Under the pieces are notes generated by a model, which saw only the letters and a program-made list of their open reading frames with translations, made no database searches and had not been told where the DNA came from. This document shows, piece after piece, positions 1-8,125 of a stretch of 64,000 nt of DNA (the first letter of the stretch is position 1; each line of letters begins with the position of its first letter). Position numbers and translations under genes: made by a program. The DNA is from Candidatus Fermentibacter sp. (GTDB lineage Bacteria; Fermentibacterota; Fermentibacteria; Fermentibacterales; Fermentibacteraceae): contig JAUCPW010000018.1 in assembly GCA_030373045.1 (NCBI GenBank), positions 17,078 to 81,077 on the forward strand, in the 5' to 3' direction.

Positions 1-1
1 C

Positions 2-826
2 CTGCACTACGGCGACATGACGGATTCCAGCGCGCTCAACAGGATCCTCGAGAAGTGCGGGCCCGACGAGATCTACAACCTCGCAGCGCAGAGCCACGTG
101 AGGATCTCCTTCGACATGCCGGAGTACACCGGAGACGTCGACGCCCTGGGTGTCGCGAGGCTTCTGGACGCAGTGAGGGAGGTGGGCCTGGCGCGGGAAT
201 GCAGGTTCTACCAGGCCTCCACCAGCGAGATGTTCGGATCGACGCCCCCCCCGCAGAGCGAACTGTCCCCGTTCAGTCCCCGGAGCCCCTACGCCGCCGC
301 CAAGCTGTACGCGCACTGGATGGTGGTGAACGCGAGGGAGGGTTACGGACTGCACGCCTCGAGCGGCATCCTCTTCAACCACGAGTCGCCCAGGCGGGGG
401 GAGAACTTCGTCACCAGGAAGATCGCCCTGGCCGCGGCCAGGATCTCGAAGGGGCTCCAGAAGCGGCTGGTGCTGGGCAACCTGGACGCCGGGCGCGACT
501 GGGGGCATGCCAGGGATTATGTTGAAGCCATGTACCTGATGCTCCGGCAGCCCTCGGGGGACGACTACGTGATCGCCACCGGCAGGATGCACACCGTCAG
601 GGAGTTCGCCGGGCTGGCCTTCGGCCGCCTCGGCCTGGACTACCGGGACTTCGTGGACACCGATCCGTCATACCTGAGACCCACCGAGGTGGACGCCCTG
701 CGCGGCGACCCCTCCAAGGCGGAGAGGGTCCTGGGATGGAAGCCCGCCACGACATTCGAGGATCTGGTGAACGAGATGGTGGACCACGAGGTCGGGAGCC
801 TGGAAGCGGGGAGCGCGGCGAGGTGA
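2..826 (+). CDS. gmd: GDP-mannose 4,6-dehydratase, 5'-truncated at window edge
   Basis: ORF 17..826 continues in frame back to nt 2 (…[33 protein letters not shown]…[47 protein letters not shown]…), the characteristic Gmd C-terminal half; stop TGA 824-826. Confidence 0.85.
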   Translation: MHYGDMTDSSALNRILEKCGPDEIYNLAAQSHVRISFDMPEYTGDVDALGVARLLDAVREVGLARECRFYQASTSEMFGSTPPPQSELSPFSPRSPYAAAKLYAHWMVVNAREGYGLHASSGILFNHESPRRGENFVTRKIALAAARISKGLQKRLVLGNLDAGRDWGHARDYVEAMYLMLRQPSGDDYVIATGRMHTVREFAGLAFGRLGLDYRDFVDTDPSYLRPTEVDALRGDPSKAERVLGWKPATTFEDLVNEMVDHEVGSLEAGSAAR

Positions 827-2040
827 GGATCGCAACCATAGAGGCCTGGAGCGGTGCAGCCGGGGACATGTTCCTCGGAGCGCTGGCAGGGGCCGGCCTG
901 GACATGGCGAGGCTCGAGGCCGGGGTCAGGAAGGTCGTGCCCGAAGGCTGGGCCATGTCCGTGTCCGAGGTCAGGAGGGCCGGACAGGCCGGCACGCGGG
1001 TCTCGATCGGGACCGGCGCTCCGGCAGGCGGTCCCGGCGGGCACAGGCACCTCGCCGAGATACTGGGCATGATCGACAGGGCGGGGCTCTCCGCCCACGC
1101 CTCGACCCTCTGCAGAGATGCTTTCGAGACCCTCGCGGCAGCCGAAGCGAAGGTGCACGGCTGCGCCGTTGCGGACGTGCATTTCCACGAACTCGGCGCG
1201 ATCGACTCGATCGTGGACATCGCGGGCACGATGATCGGCTACGACATGCTGGGCATCACGGAGACCTGGTGCCCCGGGGTCTGCACGGGCTGGGGAACGG
1301 TCAACTGCGCCCACGGCGAACTGCCCGTGCCCGCTCCGGTGACGTCCGTCCTCCTCGAGGGGATACCGGTCGTCTCGGGTGCAGTGAAGGCCGAGATGAC
1401 CACTCCGACGGGCGCCGTCCTGCTCGCCACGCTGGTCGACCACTGGACCCCGCCTCCGCCGGCCATCTGGGACCGCACGGGCCTGGGTGCCGGTGCGTCG
1501 GACCACCCGTCCCCCAACCTGCTCAGGATAAGGCTCGGGACGCCCGGTGTGCCCTGCTGCCCGCGCATGGACGAGGCCGTGGAGCTCGTCACCCTCCTCG
1601 ACGACATGGACCCGAGGCTGTTCCCGAGGCTCCAGGAGGCGGTCATGGCCGCAGGTGCGGTCGACTGCTACGCGGCGCACTGCACCGGCCGCAAGGGAAG
1701 GCCTGCCGTCGAGATCACCGTGGTGTGCAGGGCCGAAGCCCTCGAGTCGTCCATCGACGCTCTCCTCCGAAACTCCACCACGCTGGGAGTGAGGATCAGA
1801 TCAGCCGGATTCCGCACCCTCGACAGGAGCTTCATCGAGGTGTCCACCCCCTGGGGCACAGCGCGCCTGAGGGCCGGAGTCGCTGGGCGGCGCTACGTCA
1901 ACGTCAACCCTGACTTCTCGGACTGCGAGGATCTCGCCAGGAGGGCAGGCCTGCCCGTGAGGGTGGTCCTGGACAGGCTCAAGACGATGGCCTCCGAGCT
2001 GGAGGGCAGAGAAGGCGGCGGCGATGCCGGAGATCCCTGA
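823..2040 (+). CDS. larC: LarC-like nickel-insertion protein (DUF111 family)
   Basis: GTG at 823 overlaps gmd stop (GTGA); N-terminus [27 protein letters not shown] matches the LarC N-terminal GxxGDMxLGAL pattern; internal [16 protein letters not shown] motif typical of LarC/DUF111; 405 aa, full-length fused form. Confidence 0.75.
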   Translation: MRIATIEAWSGAAGDMFLGALAGAGLDMARLEAGVRKVVPEGWAMSVSEVRRAGQAGTRVSIGTGAPAGGPGGHRHLAEILGMIDRAGLSAHASTLCRDAFETLAAAEAKVHGCAVADVHFHELGAIDSIVDIAGTMIGYDMLGITETWCPGVCTGWGTVNCAHGELPVPAPVTSVLLEGIPVVSGAVKAEMTTPTGAVLLATLVDHWTPPPPAIWDRTGLGAGASDHPSPNLLRIRLGTPGVPCCPRMDEAVELVTLLDDMDPRLFPRLQEAVMAAGAVDCYAAHCTGRKGRPAVEITVVCRAEALESSIDALLRNSTTLGVRIRSAGFRTLDRSFIEVSTPWGTARLRAGVAGRRYVNVNPDFSDCEDLARRAGLPVRVVLDRLKTMASELEGREGGGDAGDP

Positions 2041-2704
2041 GGGCTACGACCCCGAGACTCCAGCCTTCGATCTCGCGCGCCGCAGGTTGAAGTCGGGGCT
2101 GCTGTTCGCCCTGGCTCTCGCCGCCTGCGGGGCTCTCGTCGTCTTCCTCTTCGGGCTCCAGCCCCCGATGCAGGGCACCGAACGGTATGCCGCCGTGGGC
2201 GACTTCCCTCCCGACCACGCCTGGTTCAACACCCCCGTTCCCATCAGCCTCTACGACGATCTCAGCGGCCATGTCGTGGTGATGCTCTTCAGCGAGTTCA
2301 GCCGCCTGTCCGATGTCCAGGATCTCTCCCTCTTCGACGACCTGGACGGGATCTATGCTGATCGCCCCGTTGAGATGATCGTGGTGTTCGTGCCTTCGGA
2401 CTCGACCGTCGAGTCATGGAGGAACACGGTCTCCGACTGGGGGATCCGGGTCCCCGTGATCGTGGATTCCGACGGGCTGGTGTCGCAGAGCATGATGGCG
2501 GACAGGTATCCGCTCGTGCAGGTCGTCGACTCCCACGGGCGCGTCGCGGGGCGCTACTACGAATCGTGGACCACGACCGACCTCGAGGGGGTCGTGAACG
2601 ACGTGCTGATGCTCGGGCAGGCGGGGCGCTCCCTGGCCAACGAGCCGTACGAGAACAGCCCGGGCGAGTTCATCCCGCCATCTCTGCGTGACGGCTCGCG
2701 ATGA
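2024..2704 (+). CDS. hypothetical membrane-anchored protein (one N-terminal TM; thioredoxin/redoxin-like fold suspected but no CxxC)
   Basis: ORF 2024..2704; hydrophobic segment LLFALALAACGALVVFLFGL; overlaps larC stop by 17 nt and hydE start by ATGA. Confidence 0.35.
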   Translation: MPEIPEGYDPETPAFDLARRRLKSGLLFALALAACGALVVFLFGLQPPMQGTERYAAVGDFPPDHAWFNTPVPISLYDDLSGHVVVMLFSEFSRLSDVQDLSLFDDLDGIYADRPVEMIVVFVPSDSTVESWRNTVSDWGIRVPVIVDSDGLVSQSMMADRYPLVQVVDSHGRVAGRYYESWTTTDLEGVVNDVLMLGQAGRSLANEPYENSPGEFIPPSLRDGSR

Positions 2705-3852
2705 TGCTGGCGGACGAGAAGCTCGCCGCGATCAGGTCCGGGGATGCCTGCGACCTCTCGAGGCGCGACCTCACGGACATCCTCGGCGCAGGCCCCTCCA
2801 TGGACGAACCCCTCTTCCACGCGGCATCCGCCGTTCTCGAGAGGACGGTCGGACCCGCCGTCTACCTCAGGGGGATAGTGGAGATCTCGAACGCCTGCCA
2901 GAAGAACTGCTTCTACTGCGGGCTCCGGAGGGACAACCCCGGGGTGGCCAGATACAGGATGTCCTCCGAAGAGGTTCTCGAGGCTCTCCAGGAAGGCTTC
3001 CGGGCCGGTCTGAGGTCGTTCCTGCTCCAGTCCGGCGAGATGCTGGGTGACGAGCACATCGAGACCGTCGCACAGGTGCTCTCGGAGTGCGGCAGGCTCT
3101 GGGGCGACTCCGTCAGGATGGTGCTCTCCCTCGGCGAGCTGCCCCGGGCCGTTCTCGACCGCCTGTGGGCCGCGGGGGGGAGGCGCTTCCTCCTTCGGAT
3201 CGAAACATCCGACCGGGAGCTGTACGGCAGGCTCCATCCCCGCGACGGCATCCACCGCTGGAGCGAGAGGGACGCCTGCCTCGGATACCTCTCCGCCTCG
3301 GGATGGCAGACCGGGAGCGGAGTCCTCGTGGGACTCCCCTGGCAGACGGTGGAGCACCTCGCGGGGGATCTCGAGTACCTGCGCGGGATCGACATCGACA
3401 TGTGCGGCATGGGCCCGTGGATAGAACACTCCGGTACGCCCCTCTTCGAGGCCCGGGACTCGGCCCCTCCGGTCAGGGAAAGAGTGTCGCTGACCCTGAG
3501 GATGATCGCTCTTCTGCGCATCATGATGCCGGAGATAAACATATCCGCCACGACCGCCCTCCAGACCCTCGATCCGGATGGTCTGGAGAAGGGGCTCCAG
3601 GCCGGAGCCAACGTCTTCATGCCCAACCTCACTCCGGCCAGGTTCAGGGAGAACTACAACCTCTACGAGGGCAAGGCTCTCGTCAGGGACGACCTGGAGA
3701 CGATCATCAGGTCGGGCAAGGCCAGGTGCGGCTCCGTGAGGAGGCTCCTGGTGCCTGACGATCCCGGGGATCCGCTCCACTACACCAGGAGGCTCGCGGC
3801 CCCCGGCAGAGGCGCAGAAGCCTCCGGAAAGGCGGACGGGGGAGTCCTATGA
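2701..3852 (+). CDS. hydE: radical SAM enzyme of the HydE family ([FeFe]-hydrogenase maturase HydE-like)
   Basis: IVEISNACQKNCFYCGLRRDNPGVARYRMSSEEV (CxxxCxxC followed by GLRRDN, HydE-type rather than BioB/HydG); LSLGELP…RFLLRIETSDRELYGRLHP; C-terminal LTLRMIALLRIMMPEINISATTAL…GANVFMPNLTP pattern of HydE; ATGA overlaps on both sides. Confidence 0.75.
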   Translation: MMLADEKLAAIRSGDACDLSRRDLTDILGAGPSMDEPLFHAASAVLERTVGPAVYLRGIVEISNACQKNCFYCGLRRDNPGVARYRMSSEEVLEALQEGFRAGLRSFLLQSGEMLGDEHIETVAQVLSECGRLWGDSVRMVLSLGELPRAVLDRLWAAGGRRFLLRIETSDRELYGRLHPRDGIHRWSERDACLGYLSASGWQTGSGVLVGLPWQTVEHLAGDLEYLRGIDIDMCGMGPWIEHSGTPLFEARDSAPPVRERVSLTLRMIALLRIMMPEINISATTALQTLDPDGLEKGLQAGANVFMPNLTPARFRENYNLYEGKALVRDDLETIIRSGKARCGSVRRLLVPDDPGDPLHYTRRLAAPGRGAEASGKADGGVL

Positions 3853-4193
3853 TCATCAGGTCTTCTTCCGACGTTAGGCCGCAGCATCTCTCGGACACCG
3901 GCTATTCGAAGGTCGCCAGCAGGCTCCTGGCCGGCACCCGGGACGGCTGCAACAAGATCACGCTCAGGATGCTCACGATCCAGTCCGGCGGGCACATCCC
4001 GAGGGAGGCCGCCAGGGGCGAGAGGGTCATATACGTGCTCTCGGGCGGTGGCGAATACGTCGATGCGGACGGGTTCGCCCACGAGATGAACGCAGGCGAC
4101 ACGGCCGCCGTGCCGGCCTGGGAGGTTTTCCACATGCAGAACAGAAGCGGCGGGGACCTGGTGCTGCTGATCGCTGCGGGGCCGAACCAGTGA
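3849..4193 (+). CDS. cupin-domain protein
   Basis: 114 aa; GERVIYVLSGGGEYVDADGFAHEMNAGDTAAVPAWEVFHMQN beta-sandwich cupin-like pattern; ATGA-coupled to hydE and larB. Confidence 0.45.
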   Translation: MIIRSSSDVRPQHLSDTGYSKVASRLLAGTRDGCNKITLRMLTIQSGGHIPREAARGERVIYVLSGGGEYVDADGFAHEMNAGDTAAVPAWEVFHMQNRSGGDLVLLIAAGPNQ

Positions 4194-5017
4194 CCCCGCG
4201 CGCGAAGCCCGATCCTTTCGAGGAGTACGTCAGGAAGGTGGCCTCGAGCTCCAAACCCCCTGCGGACAGCGAGGAGAAGCTCAGGGACGCCCTCGCCGGA
4301 CCCGTCGAGGCGCCATCGGGAGCTCCGGCCGCGCCGGTTCCCGATGCGCCGGAGCAGGCCGCCACCGCCCCCGCCGGCCCTCCCGCCACCCTCCCCCTGC
4401 CCGAGATCATCATGGGCGGAGGCCTTTCGCCCGTGGAGGTGCTGGCTCTCTTCAAGGCCCAGATCGAGAGGTCGGGCGGAGCGTTCGCGGCAGGGCTGGG
4501 AAGCGATGCCCTCGACCTGCTGAAGAAGGAGTTCCCCGACTGCAGGTACTCGCTGGAATGCATGGCCGTGTCCGCCGGCCCCCCCGCTCCCTCCCCGGCG
4601 GATCCGCGTTTCGTGGCGCTCGTGACGTCGGGCAGGGCCGACATGAAGGCGGCCGCCGAGGCCGAGTTCCTCCTGTCCGAATGCGGCGTGCCCTGTCACA
4701 TGTTCGTCGACTTCGGCTCCACCGGCATCCAGAGGCTGACCTCCTCGATGCAGGAGATAGGCGGAGCGGCGGTGTGCCTCGTGTTCGCGGGCATGGACGG
4801 GGGGCTGCCCTCGATACTCGGAGGTCTCTACGGAGGTCCGGTCGTCGCAGTGCCGACCTCGGGCGGTTCGCGCCCGCCGTTCGGCGGCATCGCCCCCCTG
4901 ATGTCCATGCTGGCCTCGGGCACGCCGGGCATAACCGTGGTCAGCATAGACAACGGCCTCGGAGCCGCTGCCGCTGCTGTCAGGATACTCGGCCTGCGCG
5001 GAGGTGCCGCCTCTTGA
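4190..5017 (+). CDS. larB: LarB-like pyridinium-3,5-biscarboxylic acid mononucleotide synthase (PurE-related)
   Basis: C-terminal half FVALVTSGRADMKAAAEAEFLLSECG…AVCLVFAGMDGGLPSILGGLYGGPVVAVPTSGGSRPPFGGIAPLMSMLASGTPGITVVSIDNGLGAAAAA matches the LarB signature (AGMEGALPSVVAG…PVIAVPTS…VVNIDNGFGAA); Pro/Ala-rich low-complexity insert in N-terminal part. Confidence 0.8.
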   Translation: MTPRAKPDPFEEYVRKVASSSKPPADSEEKLRDALAGPVEAPSGAPAAPVPDAPEQAATAPAGPPATLPLPEIIMGGGLSPVEVLALFKAQIERSGGAFAAGLGSDALDLLKKEFPDCRYSLECMAVSAGPPAPSPADPRFVALVTSGRADMKAAAEAEFLLSECGVPCHMFVDFGSTGIQRLTSSMQEIGGAAVCLVFAGMDGGLPSILGGLYGGPVVAVPTSGGSRPPFGGIAPLMSMLASGTPGITVVSIDNGLGAAAAAVRILGLRGGAAS

Positions 5018-5952
5018 AGTGCCTCGTGACGGGAGGAGCGGGCTTCATAGGCTCCAACCTCGTGCGGGCCCTTGTCGCACGGGGAGACGAGGTGCGGGTG
5101 CTGGACGATCTCTCTACGGGCCGCGCATCCAATCTGGAAGGCGTGGACTGCGAGTTCGTCCGTGGCGACCTCAGGGATGCCGGCGCGGTCGATGCCGCGG
5201 TGGCGGGATGCCTCAGGGTGTTCCATCTCGGAGCCCTCCCCAGCGTGCCCAGGTCGATCGCCGATCCCGTCAGGTCCAACGAGGTGAACGTGCTGGGGAC
5301 CCTGAACGTACTCGAGGCGTCGAGGCGCCGCGGGGTGGGGAGGGTGGTGTTCGCCTCCTCGTCGTCCATCTACGGCGACCAGCCCGTGCCGGTGAAGTCG
5401 GAGGACCTGCCGCCCAGGCCTCTCTCGCCCTATGCCGTCAGCAAGCTCGCGGCCGAGAAGTACTGCCAGGTCTTCCACGGCGTCTACGGCCTCGAGACCG
5501 TCTGCCTGAGGTACTTCAACGTCTTCGGTCCCCGCCAGGATCCCGGCAGCCCCTATGCCGCGGTCGTCCCGATATTCACGAAGAGGATCCTCGACGGGCT
5601 GCCGCCCCTGGTGAACGGCGACGGATGCCAGTCGCGCGACTTCACCTTCGTGGACAACGTGGTGGACGGCAATCTCAGGGCAGCCGAGGCCCGGGGCGCC
5701 GAGGGGCTGGTGATGAACGTCGCCTGCGGAGGCAGCATCCCGGTCAACACGCTCGCCTCCGAGATCGCGAAACTGCTGGGTCGGGAGGACCTCGCGCCCG
5801 TCCACGCCCCGGAGAGGGCGGGGGAGGTTCGCGACAGCAGGGCCGACATAGGCCTCGCCAGGAGGATACTCGGCTACGAGCCCTCGGTGGCGTTCGAGGA
5901 GGGGCTCAGGCGGACGGTCATGTTCATGGCCGGAGGCGGCGCCGGACCCTGA
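5014..5952 (+). CDS. NAD-dependent nucleotide-sugar epimerase/dehydratase (GalE/WbpP-like)
   Basis: TTG 5014 overlaps larB stop (TTGA); (M)[19 protein letters not shown] Rossmann start, SSSSIYGD…PYAVSKLAAE (YxxxK); the track's 4558 start is an upstream artefactual extension overlapping larB. Confidence 0.75.
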   Translation: MKCLVTGGAGFIGSNLVRALVARGDEVRVLDDLSTGRASNLEGVDCEFVRGDLRDAGAVDAAVAGCLRVFHLGALPSVPRSIADPVRSNEVNVLGTLNVLEASRRRGVGRVVFASSSSIYGDQPVPVKSEDLPPRPLSPYAVSKLAAEKYCQVFHGVYGLETVCLRYFNVFGPRQDPGSPYAAVVPIFTKRILDGLPPLVNGDGCQSRDFTFVDNVVDGNLRAAEARGAEGLVMNVACGGSIPVNTLASEIAKLLGREDLAPVHAPERAGEVRDSRADIGLARRILGYEPSVAFEEGLRRTVMFMAGGGAGP

Positions 5953-5954
5953 GG

Positions 5955-8027
5955 CTACCGGCCGGGGCCGAACGCCCCCGGCTGCCCGATGCTGACGGTC
6001 CAGGCCGACTGGCCGTCGGAACCGGTCCCCCATGAGATCCTGGCAGGCCCGGCCGGAGTCCTGGCGCCCACGGAAAGCCCGGCTCCCCAGGATTCCGAGC
6101 CTTCATCGGGTTCGAGCGGCGTCTCCCAGTCCCACGATCCGGCCGCCCGGACCGAGGCGAAGAACGGGCCCCTGAAGTCCCTGCTGAGGTCGAGTCCCAG
6201 GGCGAACCTCTCACGGGCCGGGAGCGAGTTCCATGCGTGCCCCGGAATGGCGTGGGCGACTGTGAGCCTGTCGTACTGCCATTCCTCCACGTCCCCCGAC
6301 GAGAGCCTGGTCCATCCCCAGAGCCTCGCCGAAGCCCTCCTCCCCATCGGCAGCACCCTCGCAAAGTCGATGTCGAGGATCTGGTGCACGTGCCTGAGAG
6401 GGCTCAGGGATATCTCGGCCCTCACCAGCCCTCCCTCCCTCGGGTTCATCGGGTCGTCCCAGGTCTGCGTCATGCCCCTTACGAAGATCCGGCCGAACGA
6501 ACTCCAGCCTGCGCCGGGGGAGCACCTGGCCGTGAGGCCCGTCCCGATCTGCGACAGCCCGAACCAGCTCAGCGATATGCCGTGCGCGAGCTCGGCCGAG
6601 AGCCTGTTCTCGACGCTCGGGTCCGAACCGCTGTCGGACGGGGCCGGGACGACCATCTGCCAGGTCGACAGGGCGAGCTGCTGGAAGAACCTGCTGCGGG
6701 GCGCGTGGTCCGTGCCCGACATCTCGGCGAACGCATATCCGTCGCCTCCGCCGAGGCCGAGCGAGACCCGCCGGCCCGTGTCCAGGAAGTTCCTGGTGCG
6801 GATGCCGAGCCTGCCCTCGAATCCGGTCTCGTTGTGATAGGCCATGCCCAGACCTATCTCCGACGGATCGCGCTCCTCGAGATGCATCGTGAGGCAGGCC
6901 GCCCCGTCGCCCGACCTCGAGATCTCCGGCCGCACCGATCCGAAGAGGCCCGAGGAATACAGCAGCTCGACCTCGTGCCTGAGGCTCGAGGGAGTGAGCG
7001 TGTCGCCCCGCGACACCTCCAGCCAGGGGAAGACGGCCCTCTCCGGGAGCCTCCTGAGCCCGCCGAGCATCACGTCTCCCACCACGGTCCGGCCGCCGGT
7101 CGCCGGGAGACGGCGGAATGGCCTCCCGGTCAGTTCGGGGTAGCTGTCGAGGAGTGCGAGCCCGGCCCTGTAGCCGGCCGCTATCAGGGAATCGGCGTCA
7201 CCGAAGTCCCAGAGGGCGGCCCCGCCCAGGTCTGGTCTCACGGTGTAGTCGGCCCGCCGTTCGTAGATCCCGTTCAGTGTGCCCATCAGAGCCTGCAGGG
7301 TGAGCGTCCCCGCCTCCAGCAGCGTGGGTTTCTCCGGCAGGGGGCCTCTTTCCGAGGAGACGTCGACCGCGATGACGGGCAGGCCCCAGGTGCGCGCCGC
7401 GATGTCGACCGGGAGGTTGTCGACCACGCCTCCGTCGACCAGGAGCATGCCCCCGTCCCTGACCGCGGGAAAGACAGCCGGGAAGGCCATCGAGGAGAGC
7501 ATTGCGGTGGACAGTTGTCCGGAATCGCTGACGATGCGGCTCCGGCTCTCCAGGTCGAAGGAGACGATGCGCACGGGCACGGGCAGGTCGTCGAAGCCGT
7601 ATCCCACACTGAGCTGCGTGAAGGAGGTGAGCGAGACGAGCAGGGATGCCACCCTCTGTGTGGAAACCGCGCCCGGGGGCAGCACCGGCGTCATGCCCCT
7701 GAGGCCGAGCGTGACGACCTCCATCTCGCCCTCGAGCCGCTGCGGCAGGAAGGACATCTCCCGCGAGGGCTCGGCGGAGAAGAGCTCTCCCCAGTCGATG
7801 CTCCGCGCTATGCTGTCGATCTGGGAGGCGGTCCAGCCCGATGCGTAGAGGCCCGCCACGAGACCGCCCATGCTGGTGCCGGCGACCGTCTTGACCGGGA
7901 CTCCCCGCTCCTCGAACGCGAGCAGCACGCCGACATGGGCCAGCCCTCTCGCCCCGCCCCCCGACAGGGCGACCGAGTACCCCTGCACCTGGGAAAGCAC
8001 GGCGGACATGAGCAGCATCCCCAGCAT
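5955..8027 (-). CDS. patatin-like phospholipase fused to C-terminal Omp85-type beta-barrel (PlpD-like, type Vd autotransporter architecture)
   Basis: N-terminal signal peptide then GGGARGLAHVGV (oxyanion), GTSMGG (GxSxG), LLVDGGVVDNLP (DGG catalytic Asp); C-terminal ~300 aa Gly/Trp/Ser-rich alternating pattern typical of an outer-membrane beta-barrel. Confidence 0.65.
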   Translation of the reverse strand: MLGMLLMSAVLSQVQGYSVALSGGGARGLAHVGVLLAFEERGVPVKTVAGTSMGGLVAGLYASGWTASQIDSIARSIDWGELFSAEPSREMSFLPQRLEGEMEVVTLGLRGMTPVLPPGAVSTQRVASLLVSLTSFTQLSVGYGFDDLPVPVRIVSFDLESRSRIVSDSGQLSTAMLSSMAFPAVFPAVRDGGMLLVDGGVVDNLPVDIAARTWGLPVIAVDVSSERGPLPEKPTLLEAGTLTLQALMGTLNGIYERRADYTVRPDLGGAALWDFGDADSLIAAGYRAGLALLDSYPELTGRPFRRLPATGGRTVVGDVMLGGLRRLPERAVFPWLEVSRGDTLTPSSLRHEVELLYSSGLFGSVRPEISRSGDGAACLTMHLEERDPSEIGLGMAYHNETGFEGRLGIRTRNFLDTGRRVSLGLGGGDGYAFAEMSGTDHAPRSRFFQQLALSTWQMVVPAPSDSGSDPSVENRLSAELAHGISLSWFGLSQIGTGLTARCSPGAGWSSFGRIFVRGMTQTWDDPMNPREGGLVRAEISLSPLRHVHQILDIDFARVLPMGRRASARLWGWTRLSSGDVEEWQYDRLTVAHAIPGHAWNSLPARERFALGLDLSRDFRGPFFASVRAAGSWDWETPLEPDEGSESWGAGLSVGARTPAGPARISWGTGSDGQSAWTVSIGQPGAFGPGR

Positions 8028-8125
8028 CGGTCTCCTCCGGAGGCTTTACCCGGCCGGGGCGGTCGGGTATCTTACTTTGGATTCACCTATCATACAGGAT
8101 CGCATACACTCAGAAGGGAGCCCCT

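Noticed and set aside
597-1680. Minus-strand ORFs 597..1229 and 640..1680 (210 and 346 aa)
   Set aside because: Antisense to gmd/larC, with compositionally biased Arg/Pro-rich translations; no motifs.
2701-3852. Calling this locus a hydrogenase maturation cluster
   Set aside because: Only a HydE-family member is present. There is no hydF, hydG or hydA in the window, and the neighbours are Lar and sugar-nucleotide enzymes.
4558-5013. 5' extension of the epimerase ORF (track start 4558)
   Set aside because: It would overlap larB almost entirely in another frame. The Rossmann GxxGxxG motif begins right after TTG 5014, which overlaps the larB stop.
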